This document shows, one piece after another, positions 30,483 through 40,171 of a stretch of DNA of 64,000 nt. This DNA comes from Pelagibacteraceae bacterium AG-414-M23. GTDB taxonomy: Bacteria > Pseudomonadota > Alphaproteobacteria > Pelagibacterales > Pelagibacteraceae. Position numbers and translations under genes: made by a program. Location of the stretch: the NCBI GenBank assembly GCA_003214525.1, contig QCLN01000002.1:17200-81199 (forward strand), read 5' to 3'. The notes under the pieces are model-generated. The model saw only the letters and a program-made list of their open reading frames with translations, did no database searches and was not told the DNA's origin. The stretch's first letter is position 1. Every line of letters starts with the position of its first letter.

Positions 30483-31369
30483 TCCAACCATTTTTTATAT
30501 TTTTCTAAATTTAATTTAATTGTTTCTGGCAAATTATCTAAACTGTAATTTTCTAATTTATTTCCAGTTCCAATTTTATTTATTCTTTTATCAGCCGCTA
30601 GATCATAAATTGCTTGCTTTTTTTCCATTATTTTTTTTATTCCATCAACATCGATTGGTTCCAGATCAAACTCTCTGTGATGCAAATATGATTTCATTTT
30701 ATGTTCTATTTCTTCAGCACTTTTTATATTTGTAAAATGCCATCCACCATTATTAATTATTTTTACGTCTATAAATTTATTATCAGAAAAAAAAGTATCT
30801 ATTCTATAAATAGAGTATTTCCTATCTTTAATATTTCTTAGCCATTGAGGATTTTTAAAATATTTTTTTTTACAACCTTTAGTTCCTATCCACTCAGTTT
30901 TAGGTAATTTTAGATTAAATTTGTAATAAAACATGTCTTGTTTAAATAAAATTATTTTTTGCTTAATTTTATTTAAATTAATTTTTGATAAATTTGGAAT
31001 TTCATCGACGTCTGATATCAAAATCAAATCTTCTTCTGCGGCATCTTTTATTCCTTCAATTATATAATTTCTTTGTGCATTTTCTCTATAAAGAGCGTTC
31101 ATAATATATTTTCCAGATTTAGTATTTTCATCATCATTATCTAATATTTTTTCAATCTTATCTGGAACTTGATCATAAACTTTATATATGATTTTTTTTT
31201 TAAATTTTGTAAATTTGTTAATATCAAATTTTAAATCTCTTCTATCTCCCCTGTGAGTAAAGCTGGATTCTACCACAACAAAATAATCTACATATGGATC
31301 AAGGTAATTTAGCCTAGTTTCTAGAACTATTTCCTCGTCAAAATACATGAAACAGTCGTATATTCTCAT
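30479..31369 (-). CDS. Glycosyltransferase family 17-like protein
   Basis: IYDCF.YF.E, VDYFVVVES..TH.G, E..QRN, ISDVDEIP (DxD), GGWHF. Confidence 0.75.
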   Translation of the reverse strand: MRIYDCFMYFDEEIVLETRLNYLDPYVDYFVVVESSFTHRGDRRDLKFDINKFTKFKKKIIYKVYDQVPDKIEKILDNDDENTKSGKYIMNALYRENAQRNYIIEGIKDAAEEDLILISDVDEIPNLSKINLNKIKQKIILFKQDMFYYKFNLKLPKTEWIGTKGCKKKYFKNPQWLRNIKDRKYSIYRIDTFFSDNKFIDVKIINNGGWHFTNIKSAEEIEHKMKSYLHHREFDLEPIDVDGIKKIMEKKQAIYDLAADKRINKIGTGNKLENYSLDNLPETIKLNLEKYKKWLD

Positions 31370-31438
31370 AATGAACAATTGTTTTATTATAATTTTTGAA
31401 ATAAATCGAAGAATAAATTAATTAAATAATTTAAATTT

Positions 31439-31750
31439 ATGAAAATAAAACTTATCTTTTTGTTGATATTTAATTTATTTATATTTAGCAATTCTCATTC
31501 AGATGAAAAATTTGATCTTGGAAAAGATATTTTTTTAAATGTTGCAAACTGTGGTGCTTGTCACTCACTTAAAGATGCAGGCACAGTTGCTAATGTTGGA
31601 CCAAACTTAAACGATATAAAGCCAGATATAGGAAGGGTTATAAATTCAGTTACAAATGGCATTGGTGTAATGCCATCATTTCTTGGAATACTTTCTGAAA
31701 AAGAAATAAACTCTGTAGCTTATTACGTTTCAGAAAGCTCCATGAATTAA
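31439..31750 (+). CDS. Periplasmic monoheme class I cytochrome c (SorB/SorU-like)
   Basis: Signal peptide, CGACH heme motif, GPNL, distal Met in GVMPSF, LSE.EI..VA.YV. Confidence 0.85.
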   Translation: MKIKLIFLLIFNLFIFSNSHSDEKFDLGKDIFLNVANCGACHSLKDAGTVANVGPNLNDIKPDIGRVINSVTNGIGVMPSFLGILSEKEINSVAYYVSESSMN

Positions 31751-31752
31751 TT

Positions 31753-32655
31753 TTAAATTTTGTGATTTTTAATCCAGTAATTTGCAATATCTACTCTTTT
31801 ACAAATCCACACTTTATCTAAACTAGTAATATAATCTAAAAATTTTTTAAGTGATTGAATTCTACCAGGCTTTCCAATTATTCTACAATGTAAACCAATT
31901 GACATCATTTTAGGTTTATCTTTACCTTCTTCATATAACACATCAAAGGAATCTTTTAAGTAATTAAAAAATTGATCCCCAGAATTAAAACCTTGGTTTG
32001 TAAGAAATCTCATATCGTTATTATCAAGAGTATAAGGTATCATAAGTTGTTTTTTCTTTCCTTTGGTTTCCCAATAAGGAAGATCATCATTGTAAGTATC
32101 GCTACAATATAAAAAACTACCTTCATCAATTACTAGATCTAAAGTATTAGGACTGCATCTACCAGTGTACCAACCAACTGGTTTTTTACCAAAAATTTTT
32201 TTGATACTATTAATTGCTTTTTGCATATGTTTTTTTTCTATTGATTTAGAAACATTTTGATAATCTATCCATCTCCAACCATGTGAGGCAATTTCATAAT
32301 TAGATTGTTTTATTTCTTTACAAATTTCTAAATTTCTTTCTAAAGCCATTCCAACACCAAAAACTGTTAAAGGAATTTTATATTCTCTAAATAATTTATG
32401 TATTCTCCAAAATCCTACTCTTGAACCATATTCATAAAGTGACTCCATATTAATATGTCGTCCTTTAATTGCCTTAGCTCCAATTATTTCAGATAAAAAG
32501 ATTTCAGAAAATTTGTCTCCATGTAAAACACTGTTTTCTCCACCTTCTTCATAATTTAATACAAATTGGACAGCTATTTTTGAATTATTGGGCCATTTTA
32601 CTTCTGGTGGGCTTGAACCATACCCAAGCATATTTCGTGGATATTTTTTTTTCAT
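31753..32655 (-). CDS. puuE: Allantoinase PuuE (polysaccharide-deacetylase fold)
   Basis: YPRN..GYG, NYEEGGE, ESLYEYGSR.G.WR, HGWRW, GWYTGR, PYTLD.NDMRF, GLHCR. Confidence 0.93.
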   Translation of the reverse strand: MKKKYPRNMLGYGSSPPEVKWPNNSKIAVQFVLNYEEGGENSVLHGDKFSEIFLSEIIGAKAIKGRHINMESLYEYGSRVGFWRIHKLFREYKIPLTVFGVGMALERNLEICKEIKQSNYEIASHGWRWIDYQNVSKSIEKKHMQKAINSIKKIFGKKPVGWYTGRCSPNTLDLVIDEGSFLYCSDTYNDDLPYWETKGKKKQLMIPYTLDNNDMRFLTNQGFNSGDQFFNYLKDSFDVLYEEGKDKPKMMSIGLHCRIIGKPGRIQSLKKFLDYITSLDKVWICKRVDIANYWIKNHKI

Positions 32656-33146
32656 CTTGAAAGATAAATTCTTTCTTTTTTAAATTTATGTATAATTAAA
32701 TTTTTCCCTTTCCCTTTTCTATCTACAACTAAAAAGTTCATATTTTTTGTAGATATCAGTGGAAAATGCCAAATTCCCGGATTTAAATTTATTCCTGTTT
32801 GTTTTGGAATTCTAAATGACTCTATTTTTTTTAGATTTGGTTTATTTCCTTTAGGAGCCACAAAAACCAAAAAAGATGTTTCTTTCATTGGTATAAATGC
32901 TTGGCTTCCTAATGGATGCTTTTCCATCATATCAACTTTCATAGGAAACCTTCTTTTTTTTGCTGAAAAAATGCTTACTATTGTTTTGCCTTTCTTTGTT
33001 GAAGTATCTATTTTTCCAAGATTATCATACCTTTTTGCGTATCCATCATTAATTTTAAAATATTTTTTTTTACTTGTGTCTATGATTTGTCCAAACTTAT
33101 TGAAATTTTTTTTATTAATTTTTTTCGGATTTATTTTAATTTTCAT
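32652..33146 (-). CDS. allA: Ureidoglycolate lyase
   Basis: F..FG.II, MEKHPLGSQAFIP, G.N...GIWH.P, FLVVDR.G. Confidence 0.9.
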   Translation of the reverse strand: MKIKINPKKINKKNFNKFGQIIDTSKKKYFKINDGYAKRYDNLGKIDTSTKKGKTIVSIFSAKKRRFPMKVDMMEKHPLGSQAFIPMKETSFLVFVAPKGNKPNLKKIESFRIPKQTGINLNPGIWHFPLISTKNMNFLVVDRKGKGKNLIIHKFKKERIYLSR

Positions 33147-34129
33147 TTTACTACCTTACCAATAGCTCTTATTCTTGAAATTCCACCATCAGGAAAAATA
33201 TTTATTCTTAGGCAATTTACTTTATTTTTACTAAATGTTTTATTTTTATATGAGTGTTTTTTATGAGGTTTTAATTTAGTATTTCCTAAAAGAAGCCTCC
33301 ATTTTTTTGAGTTACTTAATATTTTTTTTGATTTTAATTTACCCTTAATAAGCGCTGACTGAACAGTAAGTGAGTCTGGATAATTTCCTTTAAAATGATG
33401 AGTATCAATCTCTAACTTCTTAATTATTCCCGGCATACCAAATTTAATAATAATCCAATCGAAGTTTTTTCCCCTGCTTCTTCTTGTTTCCCATCCATCA
33501 CCCATATTAAATCCAGATCCAGGGCTAAGAACATTTTCAGCTTTACCAAAATGTTCATTGTTACAACCAAGAATTGTAGATCCGTTTAATATAGAACTTA
33601 AATTTACATTTTTACCCTTAAGATTAATTTTTTCTAAATCTACTTTTCCATTAAGTCTTAATCTCGCAACTCCACCGTCAGGAAAAATATTTAACTTAAT
33701 AAAATTGAATGTTGAGTGATTTTTAATTTTAAAATTATGGTTTTGATCTGGACCTAATTTTTTTTTTTTCAATATTGTTTTCCAGCTCGTATTTTTTGTA
33801 GGATTTTTTTTTGAAAAACATGCCTGTAATGATGCTTGTGAAGGTTGGTTTCCAGAAAAAAAAGATGTATCAATATCCACATCAAATATTTTTCCAGGTC
33901 TACCTAGCTTGACTATTAAAAAATCATGACCATTTTTTCTTTTTCTTCTTGTTTCCCATCCATCCATCCATTTTCCATGATTGTCATAAACATCTTCTTT
34001 AAAGATTGGTTTTGTGGAATTCAATATTCTATTTGCCGCTCCAAAAAATTGATCAGTTCTATATATAATTTTAGAACCAAATTTTGGTTCAGCTAAATTT
34101 ACAGTATTTTTAAATTTTATCTTTTTCAT
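33143..34129 (-). CDS. alc: Allantoicase
   Basis: Two repeats: GKWMDGWETRR..NIFPDGGVARLR and MGDGWETRR..NIFPDGGISR. Confidence 0.93.
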   Translation of the reverse strand: MKKIKFKNTVNLAEPKFGSKIIYRTDQFFGAANRILNSTKPIFKEDVYDNHGKWMDGWETRRKRKNGHDFLIVKLGRPGKIFDVDIDTSFFSGNQPSQASLQACFSKKNPTKNTSWKTILKKKKLGPDQNHNFKIKNHSTFNFIKLNIFPDGGVARLRLNGKVDLEKINLKGKNVNLSSILNGSTILGCNNEHFGKAENVLSPGSGFNMGDGWETRRSRGKNFDWIIIKFGMPGIIKKLEIDTHHFKGNYPDSLTVQSALIKGKLKSKKILSNSKKWRLLLGNTKLKPHKKHSYKNKTFSKNKVNCLRINIFPDGGISRIRAIGKVVK

Positions 34130-34623
34130 CTTGTAAATAATTCATCCAGTCGGAATAGAGCAATTTTTTTAACCTGCTTTTTTGACTCTTTGAATTCAAA
34201 TTCTACATTATTATTAATTCTTTGTCTAAAATTATTTAATATCTCAATTTTATCTTTGCCTTTTACAGCTATTATAAATGGGAAACTAAATTTTTTTTCA
34301 TATTGATTGTTTAAATTTGTAAACTCAGTAAATTCCTCTTGCGTACAATTTTTAAGATTTGCACTAGATTGTTCTTTACTAGAATGTTTTGTTAAATTTT
34401 TCTCAACGACCAATTTAGGATGAGCTCTTAAAATATTTAAAGAATCATTTTTAGATGCTGACTCATATATTTGAATCATTTTATTAATTAAATCATCTTT
34501 ATCTTTAAATGGTTTTAAGTCGAAAAGTTTTTCAGCTATCCATTGTGTTTTTTCAAAAATAACTCCAAACAAAGATATAAATTCACCTCTATTTAAATTA
34601 TTAAGATTGCTTTCTAAGCTCAT
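34126..34623 (-). CDS. uraD: OHCU decarboxylase
   Basis: FE...WIAE, AHP.L, S..EQ, N..Y..KF.FPFIIAV, KIA..RL. Confidence 0.9.
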   Translation of the reverse strand: MSLESNLNNLNRGEFISLFGVIFEKTQWIAEKLFDLKPFKDKDDLINKMIQIYESASKNDSLNILRAHPKLVVEKNLTKHSSKEQSSANLKNCTQEEFTEFTNLNNQYEKKFSFPFIIAVKGKDKIEILNNFRQRINNNVEFEFKESKKQVKKIALFRLDELFTR

Positions 34624-34687
34624 AGTGGACGTTTTTTAAGTTTTAATATATTAATTATTTGATTTTGTGTAATATGCAATAATCAAT

Positions 34688-35038
34688 ATGACCAAATTAA
34701 CAACGCATGTTTTAGATGTATATTCTGGCAAACCTGGCCAAGGAATTAAAGTAGATTTATTTTATATAAATGGTCAGGAAAGATCAAAATTAAGTTCCAT
34801 AGTTTTAAATTCTGATGGAAGGTCTGACAATCCACTTGTTGAAAAAGATAAGTTTAAAAATGGAAAGTATGAATTAGTTTTCTATATAGGAGATTATTTT
34901 AAAAATATTCTTAAATCAGAAACTACACCATTTTTAGATGATGTAGTTGTTAGATTTGGAATTTCAAAAAATAACGAACACTATCATGTTCCATTATTAG
35001 TATCGCCTTGGAGTTATTCAACATATAGAGGAAGCTGA
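34688..35038 (+). CDS. uraH: 5-hydroxyisourate hydrolase
   Basis: LTTHVLD, N.DGR, HYHVPLL.SPWSYSTYRGS C-terminus. Confidence 0.95.
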   Translation: MTKLTTHVLDVYSGKPGQGIKVDLFYINGQERSKLSSIVLNSDGRSDNPLVEKDKFKNGKYELVFYIGDYFKNILKSETTPFLDDVVVRFGISKNNEHYHVPLLVSPWSYSTYRGS

Positions 35039-36474
35039 TGGTTTCCAATACAATCCAATTTCTTTTTAAAAATAAAATTTATAAAGTAAAAAATCCTGAT
35101 CCCAATGAAACAATTTTAAATTATGTTCGTGATGACTTAAAAAAAACTGGAACAAAAGAAGGATGTGCAGAAGGAGGATGTGGTGCCTGCACAATAGTTT
35201 TGGGTGAGCTAAATAAAAATAAATTAATATACAAAGCTATAAATGCATGCATAAGTTTTTTACCAACTTTAAATGGTAAACAATTAATTTTAGTTGAAGA
35301 TTTAACTGATGAAAATAACAAACTTCATCCAGTGCAAGATGCCATGGTTAAATTCCATGGTTCTCAATGTGGATTTTGCACTCCAGGTTTTACAATGTCT
35401 TTATTTTCAATGTACAAAAATTATACATCTATTACTAACGAAATAGTTGATGAAGCTTTGTCGGGTAATTTATGTAGATGCACCGGTTATAGACCAATCA
35501 TTGATGCTGCGAAAAGTTTAAATAATAAAAAAGATCAAGACAAATTTAAAAAAAATGAAAACAAAATTATTAATTTATTAAAAAAAATTAAAAATACTGA
35601 CGTTGAGATAAATAACAGAGGAAAAATGTATTTTGCACCAAAAACAATTGCTAATTTGAAAAAAATATTAAAAAAATATCCTAATGCAAAAATTTTAAGT
35701 GGTGGAACAGACCTTTCTCTTGAAGTAACCAAATTAAGAAAGCAACTTAAAACAATTATTTCTATTAACTATATTAAAAAATTAAATTTTATTAAAAAAA
35801 GTAAAAATACAATAGAAATTGGAGCTACCACTTCTCTATTTGACTTTCAAAACTTTATTAAAGAATATTTTGTGGATTTTTATGATGTTTTAAAAAGATA
35901 TGGATCGCTTCAAATAAGAAATGTGGGCACAATTGCTGGAAATATTGCAACAGCCTCTCCAATTGGAGACACGCTTCCAATATTATTAACATTAGATGCA
36001 AAGGTTCTTGTTCAAGGAATAAATAAAAAGAAAATTTTTCCTTTAAATGAATTTTTTATTTCTTATAGAAAAACAAAGTTAAAAAAAGGTGAATTTATCT
36101 ATTCAATTAAAATACCTATAAATAAAGAAAATATTTTTAAAGCTTATAAAATTTCAAAAAGGTTTGATGATGATATTTCATCTGTTTGTGGTTCATTTAG
36201 TTTTTTAATTAAAAAAAATAAAATTACAAAAGCAGTAATCGCTTATGGGGGAATGTCTGAGATTCCCAAAAGAGCAATGGCAATCGAAAAAAAATTAAAA
36301 AATTCTGATTTTTCAGAAAATACATTTAGTGAAGTAGTCAATTTAATAAATAAAGATTTTTCTCCTATAGACGATATGAGAGCTAGCAGAAATTATAGAT
36401 TAAGTGTTGCAAAAAACTTATTACTTAAGGCTTTTCACGAAATAAATAATAAAAAAATAATTAGAATAAATTGA
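35038..36474 (+). CDS. xdhA: Xanthine dehydrogenase small subunit (2Fe-2S/FAD)
   Basis: GTKEGCAEGGCGAC, QCGFCTPG, GNLCRCTGYRPI, GGTD, ASPIGD, KISKRFDDDIS. Confidence 0.95.
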   Translation: MVSNTIQFLFKNKIYKVKNPDPNETILNYVRDDLKKTGTKEGCAEGGCGACTIVLGELNKNKLIYKAINACISFLPTLNGKQLILVEDLTDENNKLHPVQDAMVKFHGSQCGFCTPGFTMSLFSMYKNYTSITNEIVDEALSGNLCRCTGYRPIIDAAKSLNNKKDQDKFKKNENKIINLLKKIKNTDVEINNRGKMYFAPKTIANLKKILKKYPNAKILSGGTDLSLEVTKLRKQLKTIISINYIKKLNFIKKSKNTIEIGATTSLFDFQNFIKEYFVDFYDVLKRYGSLQIRNVGTIAGNIATASPIGDTLPILLTLDAKVLVQGINKKKIFPLNEFFISYRKTKLKKGEFIYSIKIPINKENIFKAYKISKRFDDDISSVCGSFSFLIKKNKITKAVIAYGGMSEIPKRAMAIEKKLKNSDFSENTFSEVVNLINKDFSPIDDMRASRNYRLSVAKNLLLKAFHEINNKKIIRIN

Positions 36475-38780
36475 TGAGAAATGAAAAATTAATAAAAGAA
36501 CAAAGTATACCGCATGATAGTGCAACAAAACATGTGTCTGGATTTGCTAACTATACCGATGATATAAGCGAACCATTAAATACTTTGCACGGTGCAATTG
36601 GATGGAGCAAAAAGGCTCATGCAAAAATAAAAAAAATTGATCTCAAAGATGTAAAAAAAAGTGAAGGAGTAATATCAGTTATAACTTATAATGACATTCC
36701 CGGCCGTAATGATGTAGGACCTGTTTTTGATGGAGATCCAATATTTCCGAAAACAAAAGTTGAATATTTTGGCCAGCCGCTATTTGCTGTAGCAGCAACG
36801 TCAACTGAACTTGCAAGAAAGGCAGTTTTAAAAGCAAAAGTAACGTATCAAGATTTGACACCGATTGTAACTATAGAGGAAGCATTAAAAAAAAATAATC
36901 TTCTTTTTGATCCAAGAATAATTAAAAAGGGTGACCCACAAAATAAAATAAACAAATCAAAAAATAAATTAAAAGGTAGCTTTAATACTGGAAGCCAAGA
37001 ACATTTTTATTTAGAAGGACAGGTTTGTTTAGTTGTTCCTAAAGAGGATAATAATTTATTAGTATACAGTTCAACTCAACATCCTTCAGAAACTCAGCAG
37101 ATTATTGCCAAGATGTTAAAACAAAAAAGTAATTCAATAACAGTTATGGTTAGAAGGATTGGTGGTGGGTTTGGTGGTAAAGAAACAAATTTTATGACAT
37201 CAGCCATTTGTGCAATGTTATCTCACAAAACAAAACACCCTATAAAACTAAGATTAGATAGAGATGACGATATTATAATAACTGGTAAGAGACATGATTT
37301 TTATTCCGAATATGAAGTTGGATTTAATAATGATGGAAAAATAAATGGTTTAAAAATAAAGTTAGCTTCAAGATGTGGAATGTCGCCAGATCTATCATAC
37401 GCAATTAACGAAAGAGCCTTGCTACATATAGACAATGCTTATTATTTATCAGATTTAGAAGTCAAAAATTATCTTTGTAAAACAAACACTTCATCATCAA
37501 CAGCATTTAGAGGTTTCGGCGGCAATCAAGGAATGATGGCTATCGAAAATATTATTGATAATGTTGCAAGATTTCTGAAAAAAGACCCAAGCGATGTACG
37601 AAAAATAAATTTTTATGGTCAAAATAAAAGAAATATTACTCATTATGGAATGAAAATTAATGACAACGTAATTCAAGATATTTTTAAAAGTTTATTAATC
37701 AAATCAAATTACAAGAAAAGATATAAAAAAATAAGAAATTTTAATTTAAAAAATAAATTTAAAAAAAAAGGAATAGCGTTAACACCAGTTAAATTTGGAA
37801 TATCTTTTACTACAATACATTTAAATCAGGCCGGTGCATTAGTCCACATATATACAGACGGAAGCATACATCTTAATCATGGTGGTATAGAAATGGGACA
37901 GGGTACACATACCAAAATTGCTCAACTTGTAGCAAATTCATTTGGGTTGCCTTTTGAGAAAGTACAAATTTCATCTACAAATACATCTAAAGTTCCTAAT
38001 ACATCTGCTAGCGCCGCATCTTCAACAACTGATTTAAATGGTGCTGCCACCTTAAATGCAGCTTTAAAAATAAAGTTAAATTTAAATAATTTTATTAAAA
38101 AAAAATATAATATTTTTTCCAAAATTGAGCCTATTTATAAAAATGAAAATATTTATTTTGGAAATAGATCTTTTAACTTCAAAAAAATAATACAAGAGGC
38201 TTATTTAAATAGAATTTCATTATTTTCATCTGGATTTTATTCTACGCCAAAAATTAATTTTGATAAAAAGAAATTTAAAGGAAGACCTTTTTATTATTTT
38301 TGTTATGGTGCAGCAGTTACAGAAGTTACAATCGATACACTTACAGGGGAAAATATAGTGGATAGAGTTGATATAGTTCATGACGCAGGAAATGCTATTA
38401 ATCCAGCTTTAGAACTTGGACAGATTGAAGGAGGCTTTGTACAAGGCCAAGGATGGCTCACAATGGAAGAGGTAGTTTGGGACAAATATGGAAAATTAAA
38501 AACTTTTTCTCCTTCAACTTATAAAATTCCAGCAATTAGCGATACACCAAAAGAATTTAATGTAGAGATTTTTAAAAAAGGTTCTAACGTTGAAAATGTT
38601 GTGAATAAACAAAAAACTACTGGCGAACCTCCGTTGATGCTTGCGATGAGTGTATTTTTTGCAATCAAGGATGCGATAGCGTCTGTTTCAAACTATGAGA
38701 AAACTCCTGAATTAGATGCACCTGCAACACCTGAAAAAATATTATTGAGTGTAAATAAAATAAAAAATTTAATCTTATGA
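36474..38780 (+). CDS. xdhB: Xanthine dehydrogenase molybdopterin subunit
   Basis: QEHFYLEG, GGGFGGKE, AFRGFGG, EMGQG, GQIEGGFVQG, GEPP. Start chosen at the TGATG overlap with xdhA. Confidence 0.95.
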   Translation: MRNEKLIKEQSIPHDSATKHVSGFANYTDDISEPLNTLHGAIGWSKKAHAKIKKIDLKDVKKSEGVISVITYNDIPGRNDVGPVFDGDPIFPKTKVEYFGQPLFAVAATSTELARKAVLKAKVTYQDLTPIVTIEEALKKNNLLFDPRIIKKGDPQNKINKSKNKLKGSFNTGSQEHFYLEGQVCLVVPKEDNNLLVYSSTQHPSETQQIIAKMLKQKSNSITVMVRRIGGGFGGKETNFMTSAICAMLSHKTKHPIKLRLDRDDDIIITGKRHDFYSEYEVGFNNDGKINGLKIKLASRCGMSPDLSYAINERALLHIDNAYYLSDLEVKNYLCKTNTSSSTAFRGFGGNQGMMAIENIIDNVARFLKKDPSDVRKINFYGQNKRNITHYGMKINDNVIQDIFKSLLIKSNYKKRYKKIRNFNLKNKFKKKGIALTPVKFGISFTTIHLNQAGALVHIYTDGSIHLNHGGIEMGQGTHTKIAQLVANSFGLPFEKVQISSTNTSKVPNTSASAASSTTDLNGAATLNAALKIKLNLNNFIKKKYNIFSKIEPIYKNENIYFGNRSFNFKKIIQEAYLNRISLFSSGFYSTPKINFDKKKFKGRPFYYFCYGAAVTEVTIDTLTGENIVDRVDIVHDAGNAINPALELGQIEGGFVQGQGWLTMEEVVWDKYGKLKTFSPSTYKIPAISDTPKEFNVEIFKKGSNVENVVNKQKTTGEPPLMLAMSVFFAIKDAIASVSNYEKTPELDAPATPEKILLSVNKIKNLIL

Positions 38781-39247
38781 CAAAAAAATCAAAATTTATG
38801 TTGAGAGCAATTGAATTGTCAATTCAAAGCGTAAAAACAAAAGGAGGTCCTTTTGGATGTGTTATAGTAAAAGATAATAAAATTATTGCAGAAGGATTTA
38901 ATCAAGTAACCGAAAATAACGATCCCACAGCGCATGCAGAAATAGTAGCAATTAGAAATGCATGTGAAAATCAAAATAATTTTTTTCTAGAAGGTTGCGA
39001 TTTATATTCTACTTGTGAACCATGTCCTATGTGTTTATCAGCAATTTATTGGTCACATATAGATAATATTTTTTATGCTAATACTAGGTTGGATGCTAAG
39101 AACATAGACTTCGATGATTCATTTATTTATTCTGAAATAAATAAAGAAATTGAAAATAGAAAAATAAAAATGCAACAAATGCATCGAGATGAAGCTCTAG
39201 AGGCATTTAAAATTTGGGAAAATAAAGAAGATAAAATTAAATATTAA
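38777..39247 (+). CDS. guaD: Guanine deaminase (cytidine-deaminase fold, GuaD type)
   Basis: GGPFG, DPTAHAE, EPCPMC, FDD, C-terminal Tyr (KIKY); purine cluster context. Confidence 0.82.
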   Translation: MTKKSKFMLRAIELSIQSVKTKGGPFGCVIVKDNKIIAEGFNQVTENNDPTAHAEIVAIRNACENQNNFFLEGCDLYSTCEPCPMCLSAIYWSHIDNIFYANTRLDAKNIDFDDSFIYSEINKEIENRKIKMQQMHRDEALEAFKIWENKEDKIKY

Positions 39248-40159
39248 ATGGATATACTAACTTATACACTAAAATGGTCTGAAGTAATTTTAAGATGGGG
39301 ACACGTATTATTTGCAATTTTATGGGTTGGTAACAGTTTTTTATTTAACTATTTAGACAATAAACTTAATAAAAAAATTACAAGCAGAGATATAGATGGT
39401 GAAGGCTATTTAATGCATTCAGGTTTTTTTTATAAATTAACCAGACTAAAGAAATCTCCAGATAATATGTATCTTAAACAATTGGTTATATTTAAATGGC
39501 AAAGTTACTTAACATTTATTACAGGAATTTTGCTTTTATTTGTTATTTATTATTATAACGCGGGTGTATTAATGGTAGATAAAAGAGTACTTCTTATATC
39601 TCCATCTACCGCAATTTTATACTCAGTTTTATCCCTTCTAGTATCTTGGTTAATTTATGATTTTTTATGCAAATCTGAATTAATTAAAAATGATTTTTTA
39701 TTTGTTTCAACAATGATAATTTTATTAACTATTTTATCTTTAGGTCTTACCAAAATATTTGGCCCAAAATTTGCTTTTCTAAGCGTTGGTTTAGTAATTG
39801 GAACAAATATGTTTGCCAATGTGTTTACAGTAATAATTCCAAACCAAATGAATATAATTAACAGCAGCAAAAGATCAAAAAAGTTTGATATGAGCTTATC
39901 ATTAGCAGCAAAACAAAGATCAATTCATAATAATTATTCTACTTTTTTAGTATTATTTATTATGCTCTCTGGTCATTATAGCTTTTTAGTTTATCACAAA
40001 TATAACTGGTTAATCCTGGTTTTGATTGGAATAATTACAGGAGTAGCAAGACACTATTTTAATCTAAGAGGAAGAAACATTCATAGGTTGAATATTTTAT
40101 TTACCTCAATAGTTGCTTTGATAATTTTAGCAGCTATAATTTTTATATTCAAAAATTAA
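39248..40159 (+). CDS. puuD: Urate hydroxylase PuuD, membrane domain only
   Basis: LRW.HV, H.G.FY, FKW.SY.T..TG, M.ANVF..IIP.Q, KQRS.HN.Y, MLS.HY, RH.FN. No CxxCH in 303 aa. Confidence 0.85.
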   Translation: MDILTYTLKWSEVILRWGHVLFAILWVGNSFLFNYLDNKLNKKITSRDIDGEGYLMHSGFFYKLTRLKKSPDNMYLKQLVIFKWQSYLTFITGILLLFVIYYYNAGVLMVDKRVLLISPSTAILYSVLSLLVSWLIYDFLCKSELIKNDFLFVSTMIILLTILSLGLTKIFGPKFAFLSVGLVIGTNMFANVFTVIIPNQMNIINSSKRSKKFDMSLSLAAKQRSIHNNYSTFLVLFIMLSGHYSFLVYHKYNWLILVLIGIITGVARHYFNLRGRNIHRLNILFTSIVALIILAAIIFIFKN

Positions 40160-40171
40160 TCAAATAAAAAA

